64,000 nucleotides of DNA from a virus. Of this stretch, positions 47,387-56,625 are shown in pieces. The notes beneath the pieces were generated by a model. That model was given only the letters and a program-made list of their open reading frames with translations, was not told where the DNA came from and ran no database searches. Each line of letters opens with the position of its first letter. Position 1 is the stretch's first letter. The stretch lies in the IMG/VR virus record IMGVR_UViG_3300046821_000076, positions 1 to 64,000 of that record; one strand, given 5' to 3'. The position numbers and the translations under genes were made by a program.

Positions 47387-47674
47387 GTGAAATTCCTTAA
47401 AGAAGCAAATACAATGGCAGCTGAAGTGTTTGGTACTATCACCGATACTACTACCATGTTACGTGGTGCAGCCAAAGCCGGTGTAGTATATACCGAGCAA
47501 TGGGAAGACTCTGCTCGTAAGAACGTGCAGGCTGACTTGTTAGAGAAGTCATACAAAATGCGTAAGAAGGTTGATAAGCTAATGGAGCATATCGATCCAG
47601 AGATGATGACTCTTAATAAGCAAGGTTACTATGACTTAGACTTAGGTAAGCTAATCGAAGCGCATAAGAAGTAA
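47387..47674 (+). CDS. Early hypothetical protein
   Basis: First ORF after candidate promoter 1; GTG start (ATG 47414 is an alternative). Confidence 0.7.
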   Translation: MKFLKEANTMAAEVFGTITDTTTMLRGAAKAGVVYTEQWEDSARKNVQADLLEKSYKMRKKVDKLMEHIDPEMMTLNKQGYYDLDLGKLIEAHKK

Positions 47675-47970
47675 TCCAATAGAGTATATGACTTAGGTTG
47701 TGTACTCTCATCCATTAATATAAACAAGGAACCATCACCATGTACGAATCAATGTTTAATCCAACTACATTAGTTATGTCTTTCACTATCTACTCACTAC
47801 TTCTACTGTGTGTAGTATTAGCAGTTAAGCTTCTTAAAGTAGAGAAAGAGAATAGAAAGCAGATGAATTACATCCTCTATCTAAATGATCGCTTAACTAA
47901 ACTAGAAGAGAATGAAACAAAGTAATTACATAGAGTACATGACCTAGGTTGCGTACTCTTATTCACTAAT
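47669..47970 (+). repeat. 51-nt hairpin-containing direct repeat, two copies
   Basis: 47669-47719 and 47920-47970; 42/51 identical; each starts at the preceding gene's last codon/stop. Confidence 0.8.
47740..47925 (+). CDS. Early small membrane protein
   Basis: CAAGGAA RBS; one hydrophobic helix then a coiled coil. Confidence 0.7.
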   Translation: MYESMFNPTTLVMSFTIYSLLLLCVVLAVKLLKVEKENRKQMNYILYLNDRLTKLEENETK

Positions 47971-47989
47971 CAATCAATCAATCATCATC

Positions 47990-48199
47990 ATGTTGGAGTT
48001 CCGTATGTTCTCATCCTTCTTCTCTACTCAAGAATCAAAGCTACGTTGCGTGCTAACAATTATCCTGTTCATTGTCAGCCTAGTTGGTGTATTCATTCTG
48101 GATAATGATATGCATCAGGTGTATGCGTTATCTGGCCTATTCAGTGCAGTACTTATTCAGATGTTCTATTGGGCATCTGATTATGATGCTCCATTCTAA
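47990..48199 (+). CDS. Early small two-TM membrane protein (start may be ATG 48005)
   Basis: Two hydrophobic segments; GGAG precedes the second ATG. Confidence 0.65.
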   Translation: MLEFRMFSSFFSTQESKLRCVLTIILFIVSLVGVFILDNDMHQVYALSGLFSAVLIQMFYWASDYDAPF

Positions 48200-48202
48200 A
48201 TA

Positions 48203-48244
48203 ATATAACCAATCTCAATTAAGAGGTTGGTTATATATTTTTAT
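48203..48244 (+). terminator. Intrinsic terminator/long hairpin
   Basis: ATATAACCAATCTC-AATTAA-GAGGTTGGTTATAT then T-rich. Confidence 0.7.
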
Positions 48245-48640
48245 TCTGTATTACACATTACACACAATACACATTACACATAACCCTAACAGTATGTGCG
48301 CCAGACAGTAGTAAACTTATTACAAAATCTAAATATTCTGTGAATACAGATTCATATATAAACCAATAGATATACAGTAATAACTACAATTACTAATCTC
48401 TAAATACACAGTATTAGTTAGTAATTCATATAAATATGTAGATAGGTATAGGTATACATTTAATTAACTGTATTAAATATAGGTATATAGGTAGATGTAA
48501 GTAGATATACCTAATTATATTTAGTTATTAGTATGTCTATCATATCTACTATTACTACTAACCGTACTCTTATTCTTATATATACTTATTGTCTAACAAT
48601 ATAACTAAAGACTATCTCTTAGGTTGCAGCCCTTAGCTGT

Positions 48641-48668
48641 ATTGTATCTTCAAATCTCAAACTGTCAA
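48641..48668 (-). promoter_or_regulatory. Sigma70-like promoter pointing left
   Basis: Minus strand TTGACA (48668-48663), 16-nt spacer, TACAAT (48646-48641). Confidence 0.55.
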
Positions 48669-48701
48669 TAGGCATATGCCTGTTTCTTGTCTTGTGTATA
48701 G
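48667..48701 (+). promoter_or_regulatory. Candidate early promoter 2
   Basis: AATAGGC-ATAT-GCCTGTT, 2 nt, TTGTCTTGTGTATAG. Confidence 0.55.
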
Positions 48702-48731
48702 ATACCTTCATCTAATTCAAGGAGCAACCTA

Positions 48732-48815
48732 ATGAACTTACCAGACACAATCATATACACACTACTTAGTATATGCTTAGGCTTGAGCATAAGCTTGCTA
48801 CTAGCTTACGCCTAA
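48732..48815 (+). CDS. 27-aa single-TM peptide (not in the ORF track)
   Basis: AAGGAG RBS; MNLPDTIIYTLLSICLGLSISLLLAYA. Confidence 0.55.
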   Translation: MNLPDTIIYTLLSICLGLSISLLLAYA

Positions 48816-48913
48816 GTACTAAGAGCATATTTCCGTAACTAGTGGAACTAACTACTAAACCATGGAAATATGCTCTATTTCTACTTGCTACCCTAAAGAC
48901 TAAGGATATCTAC

Positions 48914-49177
48914 ATGCTACCTTATTTTACCTACACAGAGGACATTGAGAGCTTCTGTATGCTTATGGGATTCACTATAGACACTAGGGTACCTTTTAGT
49001 AAATATGTGTGTATGTGCTCGTTGGGGTATTCTCCAATACCGCGTATTACATCCTATAATTTAAACCCCGACAATGATTCACTAATACCACCTGAAAAGG
49101 TAATACACTACCTAACATTAATACTTAACGGCTACTCTTATAAGAAAGCTGTTAATGAGTTAAATGTTGTTGGGTGA
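48914..49177 (+). CDS. Early hypothetical protein
   Basis: TAAGGA RBS before ATG 48914. Confidence 0.65.
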   Translation: MLPYFTYTEDIESFCMLMGFTIDTRVPFSKYVCMCSLGYSPIPRITSYNLNPDNDSLIPPEKVIHYLTLILNGYSYKKAVNELNVVG

Positions 49178-49212
49178 TTCGTCCTCTTTCCATTACATAA
49201 GGTAAACCACCT

Positions 49213-49247
49213 AGGATTCTCTTGAGTCCTTGTTGTCTTGTGTGTGG
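49213..49247 (+). promoter_or_regulatory. Candidate early promoter 3
   Basis: AGGATTC-TCTT-GAGTCCT, 2 nt, TTGTCTTGTGTGTGG; same geometry as promoter 2. Confidence 0.55.
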
Positions 49248-49281
49248 CAATAATGTCAAATTTAATCAAGGAATACATATC

Positions 49282-49596
49282 ATGGCTTTTAACAAACGTT
49301 CTACTACAGCTCCTGCTCAAACAACTTCAACTAATTCTATTGAGCGCGAAGCTCGTACGACAATTGGTTACGTTAACTTGGGCATCCCATTGACTGACGG
49401 GACTAACATCAAAATTGCAGGTGATTTAACCATTCGCCTGTACGCAGAAAATGCAGGACATGTTCAACTTGTAGATGCAATTCGTAATGGTGACATTACA
49501 TCTGAAGAGGCATCTCACATGATCGTAGCGTCAATTGCATTAGCACGTGATGCAGATTCACCAGTTGAATTAGATTGGACACGTATCGGCAAATAG
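49282..49596 (+). CDS. ssDNA-binding RNAP II cofactor (LUZ7 Drc / N4 gp2-like)
   Basis: Disordered N-tail then GYVNLGIPLTDGTNIKI..L.L.AENAGHVQL, recalled as similar to Drc; early position; CAAGGAA RBS. Confidence 0.65.
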   Translation: MAFNKRSTTAPAQTTSTNSIEREARTTIGYVNLGIPLTDGTNIKIAGDLTIRLYAENAGHVQLVDAIRNGDITSEEASHMIVASIALARDADSPVELDWTRIGK

Positions 49597-49674
49597 CAAA
49601 CAAATACGGATATTACCTTTAAGGTGATGTCCGTATTTAAATTCATACCCAAACACACACTCCAAGGAACACTC

Positions 49675-49917
49675 ATGACTAAACTCGTTTACACCCTCAT
49701 TGCAATAACGCTAGCGATTACTGTATTCATCTCATGCCCATACTTGTATGACCAAGCATACGCTGCTGCGTATGACTGCGACAATGGACATGCTTCTGCA
49801 TGTGATTGGTTACAAGCACACAATGCAGACGCAGATGCGCATGATACATCAAATACATGTCACGCAAGCAACACATGCTTGCCAACTAAAACAACAAACA
49901 ATCCCTTCACTCAATAG
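49675..49917 (+). CDS. Small exported/membrane-anchored Cys-rich protein
   Basis: Signal-like hydrophobic N-terminus; CDNGHASACDWL; CCAAGGAA RBS. Confidence 0.6.
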   Translation: MTKLVYTLIAITLAITVFISCPYLYDQAYAAAYDCDNGHASACDWLQAHNADADAHDTSNTCHASNTCLPTKTTNNPFTQ

Positions 49918-49976
49918 AGTGTTGGGATTCAATTTAAAGCTTTAAATATAGAACTCACTTCGTTCGTACTTATTTG

Positions 49977-50048
49977 CTAAATATACTTTGTATATTTAGT
50001 GTTAAAAGCAATAACTAAACAGTATGTAAAAGTCCCTTTGGGACTTTT
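49977..50048 (+). promoter_or_regulatory. Two C-TTT-G triloop hairpins
   Basis: CTAAATATAC-TTT-GTATATTTAG (49977-49999) and AAAAGTCCC-TTT-GGGACTTTT (50028-50048). Confidence 0.5.
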
Positions 50049-50089
50049 GCTGACACTGATTTATTAAACCAAACAGTATAGAGGTAGCT

Positions 50090-50407
50090 ATGTTTGACTT
50101 AGACGAAGAAGATTTATACTTCCCTAACACTAAAGTAATACGTGATCTCTTAGAAAGCTTAAACTACAAAGTTGTGCCTATAGATACTAGAGTACGCAGA
50201 AAGGATTCTGATTATAGTGCTATATGCTTTAGTGCATGGATAACGCAGTTTGATCAGATTAAGCAAACCAATAAAATGTACTACTGTATGGATGGTCCTA
50301 CTCTTACAGAAGAACAATCAATACTCGTATTTGACATACTTCATGTATGTCCTGATTACCAAACATTCAAAGAAGCGTTGGAACAGTATATAGAGAGTAA
50401 TCCTTAA
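50090..50407 (+). CDS. Hypothetical protein
   Basis: GAGG RBS. Confidence 0.7.
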   Translation: MFDLDEEDLYFPNTKVIRDLLESLNYKVVPIDTRVRRKDSDYSAICFSAWITQFDQIKQTNKMYYCMDGPTLTEEQSILVFDILHVCPDYQTFKEALEQYIESNP

Positions 50408-50424
50408 AAATATTGGAGCATACG

Positions 50425-50733
50425 ATGAAAAACATTCTTTTATATTACGTGGCTGTGCCTTGTACAGCTGAGATAATAGACTTAATCACACTCTTTTCTA
50501 TACAGACTAGAAAATATGATCCAATGCATAGAGATATACACGGATGTGGTTTGTTTATCTACAATGCACATTTAGAACTAGAAAGTGTAGATGATGATAC
50601 AGAATGGCTTCTTGAGAATAAAGATGCAATACAGGTATTAGCATTTTATGCTAATAAAGATTTTAATGGGCTATGTGCCTATTTAAACACTATCCCTGAA
50701 AGACCTTTTAATGTCTGCACTGACTCATTTTAA
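50425..50733 (+). CDS. Hypothetical protein
   Basis: GGAG RBS before ATG 50425. Confidence 0.7.
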   Translation: MKNILLYYVAVPCTAEIIDLITLFSIQTRKYDPMHRDIHGCGLFIYNAHLELESVDDDTEWLLENKDAIQVLAFYANKDFNGLCAYLNTIPERPFNVCTDSF

Positions 50734-50856
50734 ATAACTTAATTCTGTTGTGCTGTTGCTTGTTTTGTCTTCGCGTTCCGCAAACCCTCATAACTCATAG
50801 TTCTCCCTCTTGTCTCGTTATTGGGATTATCCCTAAATAAACCAAGGAATATTTAT

Positions 50857-51279
50857 ATGCGTATTTCAGTTAATCCAGAGTACTTTGATCTTATTCCATG
50901 CCGATCTATAGAATACGCTCAGGCTATAAACATTGATCAAATCAAAGGGATGGCTATTACAGCAGTAGTCTATAAAGAGTCTGATGAATCCCTACACATT
51001 CATTTAAATACTCATGTACTTGAAATGATTCATCATCAAGATTGCTGTGAAACAGTATATCTAGCAGATGTTGTAGGAGAGTTTGAAGACCTTATTGGAT
51101 ATCCGCTAATAGAGGTGTCTGAATCCACTGTAGATATAGGCAATGATGATATCTCATCTACTGCCTCCTACTATAACTTTAAAACACTTAAAGCCAGTGT
51201 ACAGCTACGATGGGTGGGTGAAAGTAACGGTTACTACTCAGAAACCATAGGCTGTTATCTATATCCTACAGGAGATTAA
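50857..51279 (+). CDS. Widespread phage hypothetical protein
   Basis: HHQDCCETVYL and RWVGESNGYYSE motifs; CCAAGGAA RBS. Confidence 0.8.
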   Translation: MRISVNPEYFDLIPCRSIEYAQAINIDQIKGMAITAVVYKESDESLHIHLNTHVLEMIHHQDCCETVYLADVVGEFEDLIGYPLIEVSESTVDIGNDDISSTASYYNFKTLKASVQLRWVGESNGYYSETIGCYLYPTGD

Positions 51280-51281
51280 CA

Positions 51282-51566
51282 ATGAGGCTTAAAAAGCTAT
51301 TTTCACACGAGTATTTAATTACTGAAGTTTCAACTGAAGTATGCGACTTAGCTTGCTTCTTAGATATTCCATTTAATATTGATGATCCAGCTGATCATTT
51401 CTACATTAAAGAACCTGATACAGACCTCTGTATCAAATCTTTCGAGTACAGACGTGATTCTGATGTACTGGTATCTTCCAAAATATTTTGCGAAATACTC
51501 ATGGACATTAAATCAGGCATGTCAGTCATAGAAGCCTACAACAAGCAAGGTTATACCTATACCTAA
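51282..51566 (+). CDS. Hypothetical protein
   Basis: AGGAG RBS. Confidence 0.7.
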   Translation: MRLKKLFSHEYLITEVSTEVCDLACFLDIPFNIDDPADHFYIKEPDTDLCIKSFEYRRDSDVLVSSKIFCEILMDIKSGMSVIEAYNKQGYTYT

Positions 51567-51580
51567 ACCAAGGAAATCAT

Positions 51581-52549
51581 ATGCACCTTTCACTTACAGA
51601 ACGTCAAGAGCTCATTGAAGAACAGCTATCCAAGAAGCATATCAATACTAAGGTATTGGACGAATTGACTAGCGATCTAGACATGATGGATAAGATCATT
51701 GAAGGTATTGAATTACTAGAGCTATGGTGCAATGCTCCAGGCGAATACGAGTCACAACAGGCTCGTAAAGATCACATCAAGGAGATGGCTTTAAAAGACA
51801 TTGTAGAAACGGTATACGTAACTACGTTGGCTTTAAAGAACACGACTACACTGGCTAATCTTATAGGCATCCTAGCACTTAAGCTTGAATTCGAGGAGTC
51901 ATACCAAGGATTCAAAGCAGCAGGGGAGATTATAGCTCTACTCTGTTATACAGATGTGTATGACTTAGATAAGCCAAAGAAATACGACAGTATTATCGTA
52001 AAGCCTAATTTTGATCTACCAGATGAAACCAAGGAATATATTGAGAATGCTCAGTATCTTCCTCCCTCTATCAGTGAGCCTAAATATCTAATACATAACC
52101 GTAGTAGTGGCTACAGAACTATTAAGCGAGACTCTCTCATTCTAGGTGGTGCTATTCACCATCATAACGAGGACATCTGCTTAGATGTCCTTAATCGTAT
52201 GAATGAGACAAAACTCACAATGAATCTAGATATGGTAAATATTCAGCAATTATATGAAGGAGACTTAGATGTTATTGAAGACTTTGAAGGGAGTGCTCTT
52301 GAGTATCAACGAGCAGTGTCACAACAGAAAGAGAACTGGGAGTTATTCCTCAGACGCTCAGAGCTTGCATACTCAATTGTAGAAGATAACCCATTCTATC
52401 TAACTCATAAGGTAGATAAACGTGGACGTATCTACTCACAAGGATATGCCATTAACGTACAAGGCAATAGCTTCCAAAAAGCGTGTATCGATCTAGTCAC
52501 TAAAGACTATATCGAAGTGCCTGATGATTACTTCACACCCAAGGGATAA
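51581..52549 (+). CDS. RNA polymerase II subunit 1 (N4 gp15-like)
   Basis: FYLTHKVDKRGRIYSQGY..N.QG T7-like motif; YLPP...P. Confidence 0.9.
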   Translation: MHLSLTERQELIEEQLSKKHINTKVLDELTSDLDMMDKIIEGIELLELWCNAPGEYESQQARKDHIKEMALKDIVETVYVTTLALKNTTTLANLIGILALKLEFEESYQGFKAAGEIIALLCYTDVYDLDKPKKYDSIIVKPNFDLPDETKEYIENAQYLPPSISEPKYLIHNRSSGYRTIKRDSLILGGAIHHHNEDICLDVLNRMNETKLTMNLDMVNIQQLYEGDLDVIEDFEGSALEYQRAVSQQKENWELFLRRSELAYSIVEDNPFYLTHKVDKRGRIYSQGYAINVQGNSFQKACIDLVTKDYIEVPDDYFTPKG

Positions 52550-52552
52550 ATC

Positions 52553-52900
52553 ATGAGTGACATTGAATTTGGATGTATAGGGGTAGACGTTGAAGGATAC
52601 TCCCAGCAGGGCTTACGTAGATTATTTGAAGAAAACGGTCTAGACAGTTTTATTGCTAACCATAGCTTCTTAGGTGAAGACGGCCCTTACAAAGAAGGTA
52701 GATACCTCCAAGCTGAATGTAGAGGTCTATTGCGCGAGACAACCTCTCTATATGTATTAAGTGGTTATATAAGCCACACGACAGACATTGAAACCTTCCT
52801 TCTGATATTAAGGACTGCCCTACTCGATATTACTGCAGCAAATGCATTAATAAATGAGATGTACTATCAAGGGTTAATTACCCCAAAGAGGGTAATATGA
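52553..52900 (+). CDS. Hypothetical protein
   Basis: Operonic ORF between the RNAP subunits. Confidence 0.7.
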   Translation: MSDIEFGCIGVDVEGYSQQGLRRLFEENGLDSFIANHSFLGEDGPYKEGRYLQAECRGLLRETTSLYVLSGYISHTTDIETFLLILRTALLDITAANALINEMYYQGLITPKRVI

Positions 52901-53238
52901 GACATATTAACTTTAGTGAGGTAGGTGTAGTTGTTAATTCATTTGAAGAGTTAGATGAGCTAGTTACTCTGTATAACGCTTTAGACATAAAGTTTGATAC
53001 AAACAACATCGAAAATGCTAAACGAGCTAATCTGCGTAATCGGTATATCCAAATTTCAAGGGCAGATATCCAAACAAGGTTAGGTAGCAATCCTGACGTA
53101 TCCATTAGCATATTAAGTTACCCAATTACATATGTAATGGACAGTTTAGACTTTGTTGTTGCATACCACCTACTCAAATCAAACCAAGAAGATGAGCTAA
53201 TAGCTTATTTAGACAAACACTGTAAGGAATTTAAATAA
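52897..53238 (+). CDS. Hypothetical protein
   Basis: ATGA overlap; GAGGG RBS. Confidence 0.7.
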   Translation: MRHINFSEVGVVVNSFEELDELVTLYNALDIKFDTNNIENAKRANLRNRYIQISRADIQTRLGSNPDVSISILSYPITYVMDSLDFVVAYHLLKSNQEDELIAYLDKHCKEFK

Positions 53239-53606
53239 TGGCTCTTATCACTATTATGTGCAAACCACGAAATGCTGCAGAACGTAAGTTACTTATTGAT
53301 GCAGGTATTATCACACCATCTCAGAAACATCCATGGGTGTTCTTAGAACGTCTACGCTTTAGTGACCGGGTTGATGGAGTATATACTTCAATGCTGTATT
53401 GGAATGTATGCACTTACTATAGCTACCGGACACGGAGCTTACGTGTAACTGTTAAACAGTTCATCAACATCTATAATTTTATCAGTTTAATACCAGAAGC
53501 TGGTATTACGCATATTGTTCCATTTGTAGAGAGTACCTCACGTAACCGTGCAGCACTTAAATATTACTACCGTGTGGCGGACCTTATAAATGTCAAGTAT
53601 CAATAG
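53238..53606 (+). CDS. Hypothetical protein
   Basis: TAATG overlap; AAGGAA RBS. Confidence 0.7.
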   Translation: MALITIMCKPRNAAERKLLIDAGIITPSQKHPWVFLERLRFSDRVDGVYTSMLYWNVCTYYSYRTRSLRVTVKQFINIYNFISLIPEAGITHIVPFVESTSRNRAALKYYYRVADLINVKYQ

Positions 53607-53940
53607 CCGCATTAGCTATATGTACATTGAGTACTCTACAGCTTTTCATATGAAATATAAGCGTCTATTCGCAGATACTATCTACGATAGTGATCGAATA
53701 GATTCCTGCCCTTTAGTTATTACATGGGCTGCAACAGATATGTGGGTAGAAGATGGTAATGCTAAATCCTTAGCAATCTCTGCTAAAACAACTAACTACA
53801 AAGATAGTTTTAAAGTAACTGAAGAATTCTTTGAAGATGCCTTACAAGCTTACTTCCTCTTCCCTGATACAAAAGAAGATGATGATGAAGACTCTAGCAA
53901 TCTACGCTTCGAATTCGTTAAAGCACTCTTAAACAAGTAA
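53590..53940 (+). CDS. Hypothetical protein
   Basis: Overlapping operon context. Confidence 0.65.
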   Translation: MSSINSRISYMYIEYSTAFHMKYKRLFADTIYDSDRIDSCPLVITWAATDMWVEDGNAKSLAISAKTTNYKDSFKVTEEFFEDALQAYFLFPDTKEDDDEDSSNLRFEFVKALLNK

Positions 53941-53972
53941 CCAACACACCTAAACAAACCAAGGAATAAACC

Positions 53973-55223
53973 ATGAAACACTTCTCAGCTTTAGACTACC
54001 TGTGTATTGATATTGCCAACAACGTTGGTAAACAAGATGGCTTCCTTGGAGACAAGGATACCTTTGAAAATCGTATCCAATGGGTTAAAGACAATGTCAA
54101 TGATCTACCTGAATACTACGTTAGAGCAGAAGATAAGTATCAATACATCAAAGGTGTATTAGCTTTAGCTGATGTCCTTGGAGGTAAGCCTACAGGTCAT
54201 ACTGTAGCTCTTGATGCAATCTGCTCAGGCATATCTATTATGTCTGCAATTACAGGTTGTCTCAAAGGCTGTAAGGCTACAGGACTTGTAGCCACAGGCT
54301 ACCGTCCTGATGCCTATACAGCCGTTACAGACGCTATGAACAGAATGCTATCTAAGCAAGGTATCCAAACAACAATCTCCCGTAAGGTAGCTAAGGAAGC
54401 AGTAATGCAAGCGAGCTATGGAAGTACTCGTAAACCAAAAGAAACTTTTGGCGAGAATACTCCTGAACTACGTGCATTTGAAGATGCTTGTATGGAGGTA
54501 GCCCCTGAAGCCTTTAAGCTTATGAGAGTATTAATTGATGCTTGGAATCCTAACGCTTTAGAACACTCTTGGTATATGCCTGATGCATTCAGCGTAAAGA
54601 TCAAAGTACTAGAACAGAAGGAAACCAAGATATACATCAAAGAATTGGACGATGCTTGTGTGACTATGATCACTAAAGAGAATAAACCAGTTAAACGTGG
54701 TGTATCTCTTTGCGCTAACATGGTTCACGCATGTGACTCGTACATACTACGCTCTATGGTACGTAGATGCTCATATGACGTATATAACATCACTGAGGTA
54801 CTAACAGTCATTAACAATGAATTAGTAGCTCCTACGAGCTATACAGTGATCCCTGATAAAATGGAAGAACTCCTAGCTCTCTACGCTGTTATGAATATTC
54901 CTGATACTCGTATCTTGGATTACATCACTCCATCTACAGTCAATGCAGTACCTAAGAAATACTTACTTCAATTGAAGAATACTATTTCTATGATGCTTCA
55001 TTACGGTAGCTTTGATATCCTTACTATTCACGACGCGTTTCGCTGTGCTCCATCTAATTGCAATGCAGTACGCTACTGGTATGCAGAGATTCTAGCTGAG
55101 CTTGCTGACTCTAATATCCTAGAGTGTATCTATGAACAAATCACAGGTACTCATCGTAAGTTTAGAAAAGCTGTACCAAACCTTTCATCTCTAATCCGTC
55201 AAGCAGATTACCAACTCTCATGA
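53973..55223 (+). CDS. RNA polymerase II subunit 2 (N4 gp16-like)
   Basis: LDAICSG (motif A), RKVAKEAVMQASYGS (motif B), ANMVHACD, TIHDAF (motif C). Confidence 0.92.
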   Translation: MKHFSALDYLCIDIANNVGKQDGFLGDKDTFENRIQWVKDNVNDLPEYYVRAEDKYQYIKGVLALADVLGGKPTGHTVALDAICSGISIMSAITGCLKGCKATGLVATGYRPDAYTAVTDAMNRMLSKQGIQTTISRKVAKEAVMQASYGSTRKPKETFGENTPELRAFEDACMEVAPEAFKLMRVLIDAWNPNALEHSWYMPDAFSVKIKVLEQKETKIYIKELDDACVTMITKENKPVKRGVSLCANMVHACDSYILRSMVRRCSYDVYNITEVLTVINNELVAPTSYTVIPDKMEELLALYAVMNIPDTRILDYITPSTVNAVPKKYLLQLKNTISMMLHYGSFDILTIHDAFRCAPSNCNAVRYWYAEILAELADSNILECIYEQITGTHRKFRKAVPNLSSLIRQADYQLS

Positions 55224-55258
55224 GTTGGTTTTCTCTTTAATACCATCAAGGAATAAAC

Positions 55259-55561
55259 ATGAATCTCGTACTTGAAAATTTACCTCTAACACTTGTATTT
55301 AAAAAGTCTAGGCAGAACTTAGATTTACTATCTCAGTACTACGGGGGAGTTTTTATTAAAGCCACTAACAGTAAAAATATAGCAATACCTATTCATGAAT
55401 TACTAGATGATGTTCCTAGTAGAACTCATGGGACTTTAATACTAGGTAATGCACAAACACCTCGTAAAGTATTTAATCATGCAAATCTTAAAGAAATTCT
55501 AATACGTAAAGATATTCATCCACTATTAGCTATAGAGTACATAAAGGAGATTCTTAAATGA
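55259..55561 (+). CDS. Hypothetical protein
   Basis: CAAGGAA RBS. Confidence 0.7.
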   Translation: MNLVLENLPLTLVFKKSRQNLDLLSQYYGGVFIKATNSKNIAIPIHELLDDVPSRTHGTLILGNAQTPRKVFNHANLKEILIRKDIHPLLAIEYIKEILK

Positions 55562-55887
55562 AAAGTCTTAATGTAATTAATTTTTATCTTACGAACCCTT
55601 TATATCAAGAACTAATTAGAGAGCATATATGGGCTAGAAGAATTCATAATCTCAACCGTAAACCAGCATATTTAAAACTGTGTTTATCCCTGCTGTATTC
55701 TAAAAGCTGTATCCCAGAATCCTACCAGAGATACAGCATAGCAACTCCTAACCCTGACGGTTTAGACCCACTACTATCAGAAGATCAAGTAATGCTACTC
55801 ATAGACTCTAGTAAACTTATTGGTTTACCTGAGTTGTCTTATCTTGCAGCAGCCTTACATCAAGAGAATAAACAGAACAAGCTCTGA
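55558..55887 (+). CDS. Hypothetical protein
   Basis: AAGGAG RBS; ATGA overlap. Confidence 0.7.
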   Translation: MKSLNVINFYLTNPLYQELIREHIWARRIHNLNRKPAYLKLCLSLLYSKSCIPESYQRYSIATPNPDGLDPLLSEDQVMLLIDSSKLIGLPELSYLAAALHQENKQNKL

Positions 55888-55934
55888 TGCTTGTTTTGTT
55901 GTTCTTCTTTCTTTTTTCTATGATTTAAACTAAT

Positions 55935-55957
55935 GTGCCCTTTGGGCACTTTTATGG
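55935..55957 (+). promoter_or_regulatory. C-TTT-G triloop hairpin
   Basis: GTGCCC-TTT-GGGCAC-TTTTATGG. Confidence 0.5.
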
Positions 55958-55993
55958 TCATATGATCACGTAACTTTCAAAGGACATAAGCAA

Positions 55994-56545
55994 ATGCTTA
56001 AACTTAAAGACATTCAAACTAAACCAGTAATCTACCAAGGGCTTGAAGTAGATGTACCTGCAGATACTAACTTCATGTGGTTACGTCATAACGATAAGAA
56101 GACAGTATTATGGGCTTCTGCAAAAAAACCTGTATGGCATCGTGAGCATAAATGCTATATCCCCCCTTCAGGTGCTACTCTCGTAGCTGTACTTGAACAT
56201 GCAGACCTTACTGTAGAACAAGTAAAAGATTCATTAGAGACTGATGAAAGCTTACCTACAGCTCAAGATTTAGAACAACTAGATGTAGTTGTAAACCTTG
56301 TTAAAAATCTACGTAGATTTGCAAACAGCTTAGAACGTAACGTAACTAAAGCAAGTACTAATCCTAGCCCTGAAAGCATTCAGTCACTTCTACAACATGT
56401 ATATGCTGACGAAGGTGAATTAGATAACTTCTATAATCATGCTATTGAAGAAGCAACAAAATACGGTATTGTTGCTGAGCAGGATGAAGACTCAGACGAA
56501 GATCATGAAGCATTGCTTAAATTCATTAATGCCATCCTTAAATAA
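55994..56545 (+). CDS. Hypothetical protein
   Basis: AAGGA RBS; 183 aa with acidic tail. Confidence 0.75.
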   Translation: MLKLKDIQTKPVIYQGLEVDVPADTNFMWLRHNDKKTVLWASAKKPVWHREHKCYIPPSGATLVAVLEHADLTVEQVKDSLETDESLPTAQDLEQLDVVVNLVKNLRRFANSLERNVTKASTNPSPESIQSLLQHVYADEGELDNFYNHAIEEATKYGIVAEQDEDSDEDHEALLKFINAILK

Positions 56546-56625
56546 TCTATTTGGAGGTACAGCTTATGCTGTACCTCTTAGAGGTGCTTATCAAACTGTT
56601 AACTTATACGTAGGAAAGACAAATC

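Noticed and set aside
47669-47970. CRISPR mini-array or integron attC array
   Set aside because: Only two copies around a 200-bp gene; no cas gene or integrase; no attC core motif recognised.
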